Of a stretch of DNA of 64,000 nucleotides, positions 10,279 through 21,130 are shown in pieces. Under the pieces are notes generated by a model. It had not been told where the DNA came from, made no database searches, and worked only from the letters and a program-made list of their open reading frames with translations. Origin of the DNA: Candidatus Aldehydirespirator sp. (lineage in GTDB: Bacteria; Actinomycetota; Acidimicrobiia; Acidimicrobiales; Aldehydirespiratoraceae); contig OZ244822.1 of NCBI GenBank assembly GCA_965220345.1, positions 1,350,669 to 1,414,668 on the forward strand, read 5' to 3'. Positions within the stretch are counted from its first letter, which is position 1. Each line of letters starts with the position of its first letter. The position numbers and the translations under genes are program-made.

Positions 10279-10611
10279 ATTCAGCGGGCATCAGAAGGAG
10301 GTGGCGGTTCGCTCAAGGCGACAACCCGCAAGCGACCATCAGAAGGTGGTGACAAGCTCATGCGCTTCTACGATACGCCTCGTTGGGCATCTGCGAGCGG
10401 TTGCGTGCAGCTGGGCTTGTGCTGTTGTTGATGTCAGCTCCTTACCGGCTTGGAGGCTGAAGGCAGAAGTGATATAGAAGGACAGAGGGTCACTGAATTA
10501 GCGACTCTCAGCCACTACCTTCAATCCCGACGGTAAGCCGCATCTGAATCCCCAGCGGGTCAAACCCGAGACGGCCAGCGGCACACGAGAAGCCTTAAGA
10601 AGCCCCAGATC

Positions 10612-13146
10612 ATGGAGATGACTGTGTCACCACAACAGCAATTGACTACTGCGCCCCTTGACTCTTTGCCAGCGCGCCAAGTACCAGCTCGTCAAGTGGA
10701 CGACATCCCAGTAGCCGAGGAGATGAGCGACTCGTTCCTTGCATATGCGTTGTCGGTCATAACTTCGCGGGCCATTCCTGACGTGCGTGACGGTCTCAAA
10801 CCTGTACAGCGTCGAGTGTTGTGGTCGATGCTGCAGATGGGGCTACGTCCGGGGACTCCCTACCGCAAATCGGCTCGGGTGGTGGGCGACACGATGGGTC
10901 GTTATCACCCTCACGGCGATGCCGCTATCTACGACACGCTTGTAAGGATGGGTCAGGACTTCAGCCGTATGGTCACTCTGGTAGACCCACAAGGCAACTT
11001 CGGGAGCCTTGATGATCCGCCTGCGGCGGCTCGCTACACCGAATGCCGGCTTAGTGCGGCAGCTATGGACATGGTCGGTGAACTCGACGAAGACACTGTC
11101 GATTTCCGCCCGACTTATGACTCTGAAGACACCGAGCCTGCGGTTCTGCCCGCAGCACTGCCCAACCTGCTAGTTAACGGCACTTCGGGGATCGCTGTGG
11201 GTATGGCCACCAGCATGTTGCCTCACAACCTGGCCGAGGTTTGCGAAGCCATTGAACTAGTGATGAGCAGCACACGGCGACCCACCACAGATGAACTGAT
11301 GAAAGTGCTGCCCGGGCCTGATTTCCCAGGTGGCGGAATCGTAGTTGCTGACGAAGCCCTGCAAGAGGCTTACGAAACCGGTCGAGGTTCCGTGCGGATG
11401 CGAGCACGTCTCAGCATCGAAGCGGTCACCCGTCAGCGGCAGGCGGTGATAGTCACCGAACTGCCTCATCAGGTAGGTCCCGAGCGGGTGGTGTCGCGCA
11501 TCACCGAACTGCTTACCGCTGGACGCTTAGCCGGAGTCAGAGGCATCGCTGATCTCAGTGACATGGACGGCCTGCGACTACAAATTGATCTTAAGCCTGG
11601 AGTGGACCCGGCAGCAGCACTAGAAGAGCTCTACCGGCACACGCCCCTAGAGGAGAGCCTCAACATCAACAACGTGGTGCTAGTTGACGGTGTTCCCAGC
11701 ACTTTGGGTTTGCGGCGGTTGTGTGAGCATTATGTGTCTCATCGTCTTGAGGTAGTGGTGCGGCGTACCCGCTACCGGCTGCGCCGAGCCGAGGAGCGTC
11801 TGCATATTGTGGAAGGGCTGCTCACAGCTCTTGACAATATTGACGAAGTGGTGGCGTTGATTCGTGCCAGTGCTGACGCTGTGGCTGCGCGAGATGAGCT
11901 GATGGCGCGTTTCAAGCTTTCGGAAGTGCAAGCCACGCACATACTCGACATGGCCTTGCGGCGACTCACTGCACTTGAACGCACCAAACTCGATGCCGAA
12001 GCCGAGAGCTTGCGTGCCGACATCGCCGAATATGGCGAGATCTTGGCGAGCACCCGCAAACAGCGGGCCATTGTGCGCAAAGAACTGCATCGCATCGTTG
12101 ATGATCATGGCCGACCGCGCCGCAGTCGAATAGTCACAGCCGCTGAAGCCGATCGTGAGTTGGCCGCCAGTTCCACAGGAGAATCAGGCTCTAGCAGCGG
12201 AGACGGCAGCGAAGCGGACCCTGGGCCTGACATTGCCTGCGTGGTCACTGTGTCAACAAGCGGCAATATCGGTAGCTCACCGCTCAAAGGCGAACGACGG
12301 GCATCGCCAGGAAGACATGATCTGATAGCGGCTCGTGTGGTGACATCAACAGGGGCCTTGCTGGCTGCGGTCACGAGTTCAGGCCGAGCTGCGGCTGTGC
12401 GCTGCTCTACCGTTGAGACCGCTGCTAACCGAGTGCGAGGTGTTGATGCCAAAGAGCTTTTTGGCCTTGCTTCAGGCGAGAAGATCCTGGCTATTGTCAC
12501 CGACAGCCAAACGCGCTCAGGCAGCAAATTGGATGACAAGCTGGTGCTGGTAACCAAGCACGGGGTAATCAAGCGACTTGACGCAAGCGAACTTTTTGAC
12601 GGTGCGTTGCCTGGGTCGCTTATGGCTTTGTCTGACGGTGATCAGTTAGTGAGCGCCTTCACTGCGCCAGACGGGGCCGAACTAGTGCTTGCTGCCAGTG
12701 ACGGTCGGGCGCTGCGGATCGAAGCCGCTACAGTTCGAGTGCAGCGGCGAGCGGCTTCAGGGGTTGCGGGAATCAAGCTCCGTGCAGGCGCAATAGCAGT
12801 GGGTGCAGGCGCTGTGGTCACTGAAGCATCACAGAGCGACCCACTGCTGGTGCTGACGACCAGCAACGGCCCAATCGGCGGCATTTCGGTTACACCCTGT
12901 TCGGAGTTCTCAACTCAAGGCAGAGGCTCTCAAGGGGTGCTGGCAGTGAAGCTCGCACCAAGCGAATCGGTTACGGCTGCATTAGTTAGCAGCGACGGGG
13001 CACTGCTGGCGCTTATGGGCCGTGACGACGATCCCCGCAAGGTTGACCCGAACCCGGTGCCGGTGCGGGTTGAGCCCACAGCCCGCCATCGTTCACCCAA
13101 GAGATTCGAGCGCAGCATTCACATGCTGGCACTGTCAAGGTGGTGA
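10612..13146 (+). CDS. type IIA DNA topoisomerase subunit A (GyrA/ParC family; topo IV-like, no GyrA box seen)
   Basis: RYHPHGD, catalytic-Tyr region [11 protein letters not shown], and a C-terminal beta-pinwheel-like repeat region. I could not find a QRRGGKG-type GyrA box. Confidence 0.9.
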   Translation: MEMTVSPQQQLTTAPLDSLPARQVPARQVDDIPVAEEMSDSFLAYALSVITSRAIPDVRDGLKPVQRRVLWSMLQMGLRPGTPYRKSARVVGDTMGRYHPHGDAAIYDTLVRMGQDFSRMVTLVDPQGNFGSLDDPPAAARYTECRLSAAAMDMVGELDEDTVDFRPTYDSEDTEPAVLPAALPNLLVNGTSGIAVGMATSMLPHNLAEVCEAIELVMSSTRRPTTDELMKVLPGPDFPGGGIVVADEALQEAYETGRGSVRMRARLSIEAVTRQRQAVIVTELPHQVGPERVVSRITELLTAGRLAGVRGIADLSDMDGLRLQIDLKPGVDPAAALEELYRHTPLEESLNINNVVLVDGVPSTLGLRRLCEHYVSHRLEVVVRRTRYRLRRAEERLHIVEGLLTALDNIDEVVALIRASADAVAARDELMARFKLSEVQATHILDMALRRLTALERTKLDAEAESLRADIAEYGEILASTRKQRAIVRKELHRIVDDHGRPRRSRIVTAAEADRELAASSTGESGSSSGDGSEADPGPDIACVVTVSTSGNIGSSPLKGERRASPGRHDLIAARVVTSTGALLAAVTSSGRAAAVRCSTVETAANRVRGVDAKELFGLASGEKILAIVTDSQTRSGSKLDDKLVLVTKHGVIKRLDASELFDGALPGSLMALSDGDQLVSAFTAPDGAELVLAASDGRALRIEAATVRVQRRAASGVAGIKLRAGAIAVGAGAVVTEASQSDPLLVLTTSNGPIGGISVTPCSEFSTQGRGSQGVLAVKLAPSESVTAALVSSDGALLALMGRDDDPRKVDPNPVPVRVEPTARHRSPKRFERSIHMLALSRW

Positions 13147-13147
13147 T

Positions 13148-15349
13148 ATGACTGCACAATCTGTGTCACCTGCCACAGCCTCAGGCACGCTGGCGTTGCT
13201 GTTGGACTCATCTCCCGAGACTGATGTCGAAGCGGCCAACGCGGCCAACTCAGCCGCTGTAGCTGAGGCTGCAAGCGCAAGCTATGACGCTGACTCAATT
13301 GAGACGCTTGAAGGCCTTGAAGCTGTGCGCAAACGCCCAGCCATGTACATCGGCGGCAACGGCTCCGAAGGCTTAATGCATCTTGTCTGGGAGATCATCG
13401 ACAATGCCGTAGACGAAGCTGCTGCAGGTTTCGCTACCAAAGTAGACATGGCCTTGCGTCGCGACGGTTCAGTTGAAGTAACCGACAACGGGCGCGGTAT
13501 TCCGGTAGGTAAACATCCTGATCGCGACGTGTCAGCTCTTGAAGTGGTTTTCACTGAGCTACATGCTGGCGGAAAGTTCGGTGAGGGTGCCTACAAGGCA
13601 TCAGGAGGCTTGCACGGTGTTGGGGCTTCGGTTGTGAATGCCTTGTCCACACGTCTTGACGTGGAGGTTCGTCGCGACGGCTATTTCCATGAACTGAGCT
13701 TCAAAGATCAACAACCAGGGCATTTCAACGGCAGCAAGTTCAAACCCGGCCATGATGTTCGTCCCGATAAGCGGCGCACCAAAACCACCGGCACAAGAGT
13801 GCGGTTCTGGCCGGATGCTGCGTTGTTTGCTGCCGATGCTCGTATCGACGCTGAAGAAGTTCGCACAAGGGCTCGTCAGCTCTGCTACCTAGTGCCAGGG
13901 TTGCGGATGACCGTGACCGACAACCGTGCTGGCGAAAACAGCGAGCCTTTCGAGTGCGTCAGCCGCGGCGGTGTCAGCGACATGGTGAAAGAGCGTTCGC
14001 AGCAACTGTCGGACACGGCGGTGAGCGGCGTGATCACAATCAACGGCATCGACCGTTTCGTTGAGAAAGTTCCGGTCAACGGAAAGATCACAGAAGTCGA
14101 GCGTGAATGCACCGTCGATATTGCGTTGCGCTGGGTGCCGGGATACGACAGCAATGTCGAGTCGTTCGTGAACACGATCCCAACCCGCTTGGGTGGCACG
14201 CATCTGGCTGGGTTCGACAAGGCTCTGACCCGAGCAGTCAACAGTGTGCTGCTCAAAGAAAACCGCAAGCTGGCGCGCCTGGCCCGTGACAGCGGTGCCG
14301 CTGCCAGCGCCAAGAACGGCAAAGCTGTCAAGGTCAGCGCCACCAAAGACGATGTCCAAGAAGGCTTAGTCGCGGCGGTAAAAGTGACTTTCTCAGAGCC
14401 GCAGTTCCGTGGCCAGACCAAACAAGAACTCGGCACACCCGCAGTTGAGGGCATCGTTGCTCGTATCACCTATGAGCAGCTCAAAGAATGGTTCGAGCCG
14501 GGGGGTGGCCCTCGTTCACAGGTCAAGTCCATAGGCGACAAGCTCGCTGATGCGGTGGTCAATCGGGTTGCTTCCAAGCAGATGCTTGACACCAAGCGCA
14601 AAGCAGCCAGTCTCGGCTCCACCGGTATGCCTGACAAGCTTGCCGACTGCCGAGTTCACGGCCCAGAGGCTGAGCTGATCCTTGTGGAGGGTGATTCGGC
14701 TGCAGGTCCGGCCAAGCGAGGCCGCGACTCGGAGTTCATGGCGATTTTGCCGTTGCGAGGCAAGATCGTCAACGCGGCCAAGGCCAGCACCAAGCAGGTG
14801 TTCGATAACGCTGAAGCTCAAGCGATCTTCACTGCTATGGGTGCAGGAGCGGGCGAAGCTTTCGATATTGCTTCGGCCCGCTACGGGCGGATAGTGATCC
14901 TGTGTGATGCCGATGTTGATGGCAGCCACATCCGCTGCCTGCTGTTGACTTTGATCTACGGATACATGCGCGAGATGCTGTTGCAAGGTCGAGTTTTCTC
15001 GGCGCAGCCGCCGCTGTATACCGCTCGGGTTGGCGAACGAACTTATCGGGCCTACTCCGACGACGAGCGTGATCGGATTACTGCTGAACTTTGTCGCGGC
15101 AGGCGCCAACGCGAGAACATCAGATGGCAGCGGTTTAAGGGTCTTGGCGAGATGAACACAGACGAACTTCGTTATTGCGCGCTTGATCCAGCCACCCGAA
15201 CGCTGCGCCGTCTCACCATGGCTGACGCTGCTCAGGCTGACACTGCCGCGCGCATGTTCGAAGTGTTGATGGGCAGCGATGTCGGTCAGCGGCGCGAGTA
15301 TTTGGTGGATAATTCATCGCTGGTTGATGAAGCAACCCTTGACATCTAG
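13148..15349 (+). CDS. type IIA DNA topoisomerase subunit B (GyrB/ParE family)
   Basis: GLEAVRKRPAMYIGG, ATPase HLVWEIIDNAVDEA, LHGVGASVVNALS, and TOPRIM ELILVEGDSAAG / PLRGKIVN / ILCDADVDGSHI. The ORF is open from 13022, but ATG 13148 lies 1 nt after the subunit A stop. Confidence 0.9.
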   Translation: MTAQSVSPATASGTLALLLDSSPETDVEAANAANSAAVAEAASASYDADSIETLEGLEAVRKRPAMYIGGNGSEGLMHLVWEIIDNAVDEAAAGFATKVDMALRRDGSVEVTDNGRGIPVGKHPDRDVSALEVVFTELHAGGKFGEGAYKASGGLHGVGASVVNALSTRLDVEVRRDGYFHELSFKDQQPGHFNGSKFKPGHDVRPDKRRTKTTGTRVRFWPDAALFAADARIDAEEVRTRARQLCYLVPGLRMTVTDNRAGENSEPFECVSRGGVSDMVKERSQQLSDTAVSGVITINGIDRFVEKVPVNGKITEVERECTVDIALRWVPGYDSNVESFVNTIPTRLGGTHLAGFDKALTRAVNSVLLKENRKLARLARDSGAAASAKNGKAVKVSATKDDVQEGLVAAVKVTFSEPQFRGQTKQELGTPAVEGIVARITYEQLKEWFEPGGGPRSQVKSIGDKLADAVVNRVASKQMLDTKRKAASLGSTGMPDKLADCRVHGPEAELILVEGDSAAGPAKRGRDSEFMAILPLRGKIVNAAKASTKQVFDNAEAQAIFTAMGAGAGEAFDIASARYGRIVILCDADVDGSHIRCLLLTLIYGYMREMLLQGRVFSAQPPLYTARVGERTYRAYSDDERDRITAELCRGRRQRENIRWQRFKGLGEMNTDELRYCALDPATRTLRRLTMADAAQADTAARMFEVLMGSDVGQRREYLVDNSSLVDEATLDI

Positions 15350-15486
15350 CTAAGGCTTGAGTTTCAGTGGACGGTCAGGTGGCGCTGCGAGTGAATGCAC
15401 AGTCAGATACGTCATTGACCGCCGCGTTAAGGTCAGCCGATACAGGTTCCGGGTATTTGTCGCGCCGATGAACTAGAAACAGGATT

Positions 15487-16377
15487 GTGCAACTCCCCTT
15501 TGACCAAACCGACATCCATGACCCCGAAGGGCTGGGTGCCTTAGACCCTGACGGTGGCCCGAGTCTGCCTCAGAAGCTGTCACCGTCTGGGGCGGCCACC
15601 TTTGAGCAGTGTCCCCGCCGGTGGCGGTTCCGTTATGTGGAGCGCCTACCGGATCCTCCAGGCGTTGAAGCGCTAGTGGGGACGTTCGCTCATCGGGTGC
15701 TTGAGCTGCTTATGCAGCGGCATCCCGGTAACCGCAGCAAGGACGAGGCACGGCGGATCGCACGGCAAGCCTGGTCGGAGATATCCGTTAGTCACGACTA
15801 TCGCGAGCTGGCGCTTGACGATGCCGCAGCTCGAGAGTTTCGCTGGTCGGCTTGGAACGCTATTGAGGGGCTCTGGGATTTGGAGGAGCCCTCTGAGGTA
15901 GAAGTAGTGTCCACCGAACAGCAGGTGTCGGCGACTCTCGGCGGGGTGCCTTTCCGGGGTGTGGTTGACCGAGTTGAGTCAGAGCCGGACGGCCTGGTGA
16001 TTAGCGATTACAAGTCGGGGCGGGCACCGTCGCCGCGTTATGCGATCGGGCGGTTAAAGCAAGTGCTTTTGTATGCCGCCGCCATAGCCGAACAAGCTGG
16101 TGAACAGCCGGTGCGGGCACAGCTGCTTTATTTGGGTCAGAAGGTTGTGTCGACCGCGGTCAACACTGCTGAACTTGACGGAGCTGTTGAACAGTTCACA
16201 GAAACCTGGGAAGCCATAGGCGACTCCTGTCGCAGCGACGACTTTGAGCCGCGTCCAGGGCCGCTGTGCTGCTACTGCTCGTATTCGCAGCTATGTCCAG
16301 AGGGTCAAGACGAGAAGACTCGCAGAGAAGAACTTCGAGCTGCTGAGGAAGCAAGCTTGCTGCGGATGGCTGGCTAG
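15487..16377 (+). CDS. RecB-family PD-(D/E)XK exonuclease (Cas4-like fold with Cys cluster)
   Basis: N-terminal CPRRWRFRYVE, VVDRV...LVISDYKSGR, QVLLYA, and C-terminal CCYCSYSQLCP. Confidence 0.8.
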   Translation: MQLPFDQTDIHDPEGLGALDPDGGPSLPQKLSPSGAATFEQCPRRWRFRYVERLPDPPGVEALVGTFAHRVLELLMQRHPGNRSKDEARRIARQAWSEISVSHDYRELALDDAAAREFRWSAWNAIEGLWDLEEPSEVEVVSTEQQVSATLGGVPFRGVVDRVESEPDGLVISDYKSGRAPSPRYAIGRLKQVLLYAAAIAEQAGEQPVRAQLLYLGQKVVSTAVNTAELDGAVEQFTETWEAIGDSCRSDDFEPRPGPLCCYCSYSQLCPEGQDEKTRREELRAAEEASLLRMAG

Positions 16378-16427
16378 TTTCTGCTGACGAGATCTGCGTG
16401 GGCTAGATCTGCCAGGGTTGCCTCTGC

Positions 16428-16745
16428 CTAGTTTTGGCTTCGTTTGTGGTTCCTGCTGAATATTCTCACAAGCACCAGAGTCATCGCTGCGACAGCTACC
16501 GCAAAAGCCCAAACCGCAGACGCAGGTATACGGTGCAAGATGCGACGACCAAGTCCGCTGCGTAGTTCGCGGCCGCTGTCGGCTGCTGTTGGCTGTGCGC
16601 CGTTTGCTGTGTAGTCCGTCTTGTGAGCGATCTCGCTGGCGGGCGGTAGTTGCTCGCCAAGAGGATCTAGCAGGCTGTCAACAACAGGGGCCCCTTCGGC
16701 GCTGCGTCGGCGGCGGGGTTGATCCCTCTGAGGGTCATAAACCAT
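16428..16745 (-). CDS. hypothetical small membrane protein
   Basis: 105-aa ORF downstream of and co-oriented with parA-like. One C-terminal TM stretch (VWAFAVAVAAMTLVLVRIF). No motif found. Confidence 0.35.
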   Translation of the reverse strand: MVYDPQRDQPRRRRSAEGAPVVDSLLDPLGEQLPPASEIAHKTDYTANGAQPTAADSGRELRSGLGRRILHRIPASAVWAFAVAVAAMTLVLVRIFSRNHKRSQN

Positions 16746-16778
16746 TGCTACCCCTTACAGAAACTTGAACTTGATAGC

Positions 16779-17600
16779 TCACGAACCTAAACCCGAGCCA
16801 ATCACCGAATCGTAGATCTGATCAAACTCAGCTGATGCCTCGGCTGCACCTTTGCGGGGTGTCAGCGCATGAATCGGCAGAGACCTTGCTGCGGCTTCGG
16901 CCACAGCTGCCCGAAGCCGCACCGCTGGCAGCATCAAATCACTGTGATCGGCGCTGAGCTGCTCATACCAGTAGCGCGAATCCCGAGTACGGGCGAGACG
17001 GTTCACAGCCACTCCCGCAACTCCTAAGCCCAGAGGCTTGCGAGCCGCAACACGCTCAATGGTTTGCATGATCTCGTTGACCCCGTCTGAAGCCCAAGCA
17101 CTGGGCTCAGTCACAACAAGGGCTTTGTCGGCTGCGAACAAGGCGTTGATCGTCAACAAGCCGAGCGACGGAGGACAGTCGATCAGCACTAGGCCCTCGT
17201 CGCAACCCGACAGCGCTAGCCGCAAGCGGTCTTGAGCACCAACAGGATCAGACAGAAGCTGGCGCTCGCGGGCTGCAAGAGCTGCAGCGGATGCCACCAC
17301 CCGCGGAGGGGTGCCTTGGTCGTCGGGCCATGTTGAAGACACCGCCAGCTTGCTAGCAATGCCGGGACGGTCTGATGCCAAAGCCTCGTCAACTGTGGTC
17401 TCAGCTCCCCAGACACCGAGTCCTGTGGTGGCGTTGCCTTGCGGATCTAGGTCAACCACAAGGCTCGGAACTTGCCGTGCCCATGCGGCAGAGGCCAGCC
17501 CCAAAGTGGTGGTGGTCTTGCCGACCCCACCTTTCTGGTTGACTAGAGCAATTATCGCCACACCTTGCACGGTAGCCCGCAGCAGTGATGCTGCCCACAC
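16779..17600 (-). CDS. ParA/Soj-family ATPase (orphan; no adjacent parB)
   Basis: Deviant Walker A NQKGGVGKTTTT, and LVLIDCPPSLG. A GTG near 17570 is a plausible alternative start. Confidence 0.85.
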   Translation of the reverse strand: MWAASLLRATVQGVAIIALVNQKGGVGKTTTTLGLASAAWARQVPSLVVDLDPQGNATTGLGVWGAETTVDEALASDRPGIASKLAVSSTWPDDQGTPPRVVASAAALAARERQLLSDPVGAQDRLRLALSGCDEGLVLIDCPPSLGLLTINALFAADKALVVTEPSAWASDGVNEIMQTIERVAARKPLGLGVAGVAVNRLARTRDSRYWYEQLSADHSDLMLPAVRLRAAVAEAAARSLPIHALTPRKGAAEASAEFDQIYDSVIGSGLGS

Positions 17601-17635
17601 CGCAGAAGTCGCCTATTCGGAGCACACTTGAAGTC

Positions 17636-18880
17636 ATGGTTTCACCCAGCCGAAAGCCTCAAGCGCTAAGAGAGCCTAGAAAGCCTCGCTGGCTGCGTGA
17701 GTTGCTGGCGGTTCGCAGCGCCTTCGCGGCTCTTGTGCTGGCAGCGGTTGCCAGTCTGGTGGCTGGCCTGATTCTGGCATCAATCACCGACACACTCGAA
17801 GAACTACCGGGTTTGTTGCTGCTGGTACCAGCGGCGATAGCAGTCAAAGGCAACATTTTCGGTGCGCTCGGTAGCCGTCTCGGCACCGCTATCCATGCTG
17901 GCACGTTTCGGATGTCGCGGCGCAGCGACTCGCTGATGGCCCAGAACGCCGCGGCCTCGGTGGCACTGAGCCTGGGACTCGGGGTAGCTCTAGCGGTAAT
18001 GGCCAAAGGCACGGCGCTGATCTTCAACATTTCACCAACAATGAGCCTCGCGGATTTTGTGGTTGTGTCAGCGCTGGGGTGCTTGATAGCAGCATTCGTG
18101 GTGCTGGCGATCACGCTTGCCACCACCGCAGCCGCAGTGCGCTTCGGCTGGGACCTCGACAATGTGGTAGCACCCATGGTGACAGTGTCAGGCGATGTAG
18201 TGACGTTGCCGTCTCTGGTGTTGGCTGCCGAGCTTGCAGGTTTTGAGATCCTCACACCTGTCGTTGCTTGGACTTTGGCGGTGCTGGCTGTAGTGTCGGC
18301 GCTTTGGGGTCTGCGCAGCCAGCTAAGCGAATTGCGCCAGATCATGCGCGAGTCGATCCCAGTGCTGATAGTGGCGGGACTGCTGGATCTGGTGGCGGGG
18401 ATCACAGTAGAAAAACGCCTTGATGATTTCGTGGCTTTTCCGGCGTTGCTGGTGATGCTGCCGGGGTTTTTGAGCACTGCGGGCGCTCTCGGCGGGGTTC
18501 TGTCAAGTCGTTTGTCTACCAAGTTGCATCTAGGGCTGGCTAGACCGTCGGCTCTGCCCTCGGGCGGGGCCCGCATTGACCTGTTTACAACCTTCGCGCT
18601 GTCGATCCCTGTGTTCGCGCTGTTGGGTTTAGTGTCGTCAGCTGCCGCCGGTTTTGCTGGTCACTCCGGCCCTTCTCTGGCAGAGTTGGTTGGCGTTGCG
18701 GTGCTCGGCGGAGTTCTCGCAACGGTAATGATCGTGGCGGTCGCCTACTACGGAACGCTTACTGCAGTTCGTTTTGGAGTGGATCCCGACACCTACGGCA
18801 TACCAGTGGTGACTTCCTCGCTCGACTTGGCGGGAGCATTCACGCTGATAGTGGCGATTGTTGTTGTGGGTGTGACGTGA
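17636..18880 (+). CDS. MgtE/SLC41-like divalent-cation transporter, membrane domain only
   Basis: Two internal repeats carry KGNIFGALGSRLGTAIHAG and TAGALGGVLSSRLSTKLHLG. ATG at 17636 avoids the overlap with parA-like that the 17585 start creates. Confidence 0.8.
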   Translation: MVSPSRKPQALREPRKPRWLRELLAVRSAFAALVLAAVASLVAGLILASITDTLEELPGLLLLVPAAIAVKGNIFGALGSRLGTAIHAGTFRMSRRSDSLMAQNAAASVALSLGLGVALAVMAKGTALIFNISPTMSLADFVVVSALGCLIAAFVVLAITLATTAAAVRFGWDLDNVVAPMVTVSGDVVTLPSLVLAAELAGFEILTPVVAWTLAVLAVVSALWGLRSQLSELRQIMRESIPVLIVAGLLDLVAGITVEKRLDDFVAFPALLVMLPGFLSTAGALGGVLSSRLSTKLHLGLARPSALPSGGARIDLFTTFALSIPVFALLGLVSSAAAGFAGHSGPSLAELVGVAVLGGVLATVMIVAVAYYGTLTAVRFGVDPDTYGIPVVTSSLDLAGAFTLIVAIVVVGVT

Positions 18881-18958
18881 CTAGGCGAGACCGACAAGAC
18901 CGGCAAACCCGCTGCGGGTTCGATTGCGGAGACCTACGATGATTGAAGGAGAAGCCTG

Positions 18959-20194
18959 ATGGAAGAAAGACCTCGCAACCTGCGAGAGATGCTGGCCGAA
19001 GCTAAGGACACCTCCGAGTTGATGGTGGATCTGGCATATGCCGCGCTCTACTTCGGTGACCCTGACATGGCAGACGAGGTGAGCGAACTCGAAGAACGCA
19101 TGAGCCACCTGGTGCATGACATGAGAGCGGTATGCACTCTGGCGGTGCGTCATCCTCGTGATGCCGAACCGATGTCGTCGGTGCTGCAGGTGGTGTCAGC
19201 TATTGAGCGCATCGCCAACGACGCCGTGGACATCGCCCGTATCGTCACTCATCGGGTGGGAATACCAGCTGAGCTGGTGGCGGAGTTGAGTGCCGCTGAG
19301 GAGGTGTCTCATCGTGTGCTGGTGTCTGACGGGTCGCTACTAGCGCATCGGCGGCTTTCTGACCATGAGATGCCTGCGAAAGTGGGGATGCGGGTGATGG
19401 CGATACGGCGAGAGCGGGATTGGATCACCCAAGTGCGTGGCGACACGGTGATCGTGCCTGATGATGTGCTGTTTTTGCGGGGATCACCCGACGGGATTGA
19501 CGAGCTGCGCAAGCTGGCAGGTTCGCCGGGCTGGTCTCCGCCAGAGGAACCCGACGGGCCTCACGCATCGGAACTGCACCGTGCTGTGAATCTTCTGGTG
19601 GAAATGAAAGATCTCTCTGAGGTGGCGGTGGGTTTGGCTTACTCGTCTCTGGTTTTGCGTGACGAGAGCCTCGCGGCTGAGGTGCGCCATCTTGAGGATC
19701 GCCTTGATGAGATGAAAGACCAGCTTGAGGAATGGGTGCTTAGTGCGGCTCGGGGAGGCGTTGATCATCCCGGCTTGAGAGGGTTGTTGCATTTGTCGCA
19801 GGCGGCTGAAGATCTCGGCGATCAGGCACAGCAGATGGTGTGGATCATTGAGCGCCAAGAAGAGATTCACCCGATTCTGGCGGTGGCGCTAGGTGACAGC
19901 GACGAGGTGGTAGTGAACCTTCCCGTGGCCGAGGGCTCCGAAGTCGATCAGAAGTCGCTCAGCGAACTGCGGCTGAACCTTGAGCCGGGTTTTACTGTTT
20001 TGGCGATCCGTCGCAGCGGCCAGTACCGGTATCGACCGCGCGGTCAACAGCGGGTGATGGCAGGCGATGCGGTCATTGCTAGCGGCCCCGACGAGGGACG
20101 TGACCGTTTAGCGGAGATGTGCGGCTGGCAGCTTACCCACACTGAAGATGCCGCTGAACTGCTTTTGGCACCGCTTGAGTCACCGTCGCGCTAG
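18959..20194 (+). CDS. PhoU-like / TrkA-C (RCK_C) domain regulatory protein
   Basis: Duplicated architecture. PhoU-like helices (EAKDTSELMVDLAYAALYF..., EMKDLSEVAVGLAYSSLVL...) are each followed by an RCK_C-like segment (MRVMAIRRERDWITQVRGDTVIVPDDVLFLRG; FTVLAIRRSGQYRYRPRGQQRVMAGDAVIASG). Confidence 0.75.
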   Translation: MEERPRNLREMLAEAKDTSELMVDLAYAALYFGDPDMADEVSELEERMSHLVHDMRAVCTLAVRHPRDAEPMSSVLQVVSAIERIANDAVDIARIVTHRVGIPAELVAELSAAEEVSHRVLVSDGSLLAHRRLSDHEMPAKVGMRVMAIRRERDWITQVRGDTVIVPDDVLFLRGSPDGIDELRKLAGSPGWSPPEEPDGPHASELHRAVNLLVEMKDLSEVAVGLAYSSLVLRDESLAAEVRHLEDRLDEMKDQLEEWVLSAARGGVDHPGLRGLLHLSQAAEDLGDQAQQMVWIIERQEEIHPILAVALGDSDEVVVNLPVAEGSEVDQKSLSELRLNLEPGFTVLAIRRSGQYRYRPRGQQRVMAGDAVIASGPDEGRDRLAEMCGWQLTHTEDAAELLLAPLESPSR

Positions 20195-20205
20195 GTTCAA
20201 CAGCA

Positions 20206-21090
20206 ATGGCTACAAACCCAAATTCCGACGGGCGGCTCTGTCTACTCACAGTGCATGCCCATCCCGATGATGAGGCTTCCAAAGGTGCTTCTACCGTGGC
20301 CCGATATCACGCCGAGGGTGTGCATACGGTGCTGGTGTGCTGCACAGGCGGCGAAGAGGGCGAGATCCTGAACCCGGCTTTGGATCAGCCGTGGATGGCT
20401 GAGAAACTGGCTGAAGTGCGAGCTGCGGAACTGGCTCGAGCTGCTGAAGTGATCGGCTACGAAGACGTGGTGATGCTCGGCTATCGCGACTCGGGCATGG
20501 CTGGATCAGAAGCCAATGAACATCCCGACTGTTTCGCCAAAGCCGACTTTGAGGAGGCAGTAGGCCGTCTGGTGGAAGTGATACGCAAGCACCGACCACA
20601 GGTGATGATCACCTATCCCGAGGATCAGGGCATGTATCAGCACCCCGATCATCTGCGGGTATATGACATTTCGGTGCCCGCTTTCGAGCGTTCTGGTGAT
20701 CCTCAGTATCGCTTGGAACTGGGCGAGCCGTGGACTGTTTCAAAGCTTTATTACACGCTTTGGTCACGAAAACGCCTAGTGGAGCGACATAAGGCTTTCA
20801 TGGATCTCGGCTTGGAGTCTCCCTATCAGGAGTCGTGGTTTGAGCAGCCATCTCATGATGAGCAGATCACCACTCAAGTGCCGGTACATGGTTTCACCGA
20901 CGCACGCCTTGATGGTTTGTTGGCGCATGCCACCCAGGTTGATCCCGAGTCGAGTTTCTGGTTCGGCCTGCCGCCAGAGGTGGAGCGTTCTATCCATCCG
21001 TATGACGACTATGTGCTGGCTCGCGGGCCGCAACCTGCGGAACTGCCTGAACGTGATCTTTTTGAGGGGTTACGTTCTGAGGAGGTCTGA
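20206..21090 (+). CDS. mca: mycothiol S-conjugate amidase (LmbE/PIG-L family)
   Basis: VHAHPDDEA zinc motif, CCTGGEEGEILNP, HPDH, and GEPWTVSKLYY. From memory, the last segment matches mycobacterial Mca rather than MshB. Confidence 0.85.
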   Translation: MATNPNSDGRLCLLTVHAHPDDEASKGASTVARYHAEGVHTVLVCCTGGEEGEILNPALDQPWMAEKLAEVRAAELARAAEVIGYEDVVMLGYRDSGMAGSEANEHPDCFAKADFEEAVGRLVEVIRKHRPQVMITYPEDQGMYQHPDHLRVYDISVPAFERSGDPQYRLELGEPWTVSKLYYTLWSRKRLVERHKAFMDLGLESPYQESWFEQPSHDEQITTQVPVHGFTDARLDGLLAHATQVDPESSFWFGLPPEVERSIHPYDDYVLARGPQPAELPERDLFEGLRSEEV

Positions 21091-21130
21091 AATCTTGGTT
21101 CAGCAAGCTCAGAACGGGCGGGCTTGAACA

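Noticed and set aside
13022-13147. 42-codon N-terminal extension of the topoisomerase B subunit ORF
   Set aside because: It would overlap subunit A by 125 nt. ATG 13148, directly after the A stop, gives a normal coupled start. The extension is Cys/Arg-rich with no homology signal.
17659-18576. 305-aa minus-strand ORF
   Set aside because: It is antisense to the MgtE-like gene, which has clear duplicated transporter motifs. Its Ala/Ser/Thr/Arg-rich composition is typical of shadow frames.
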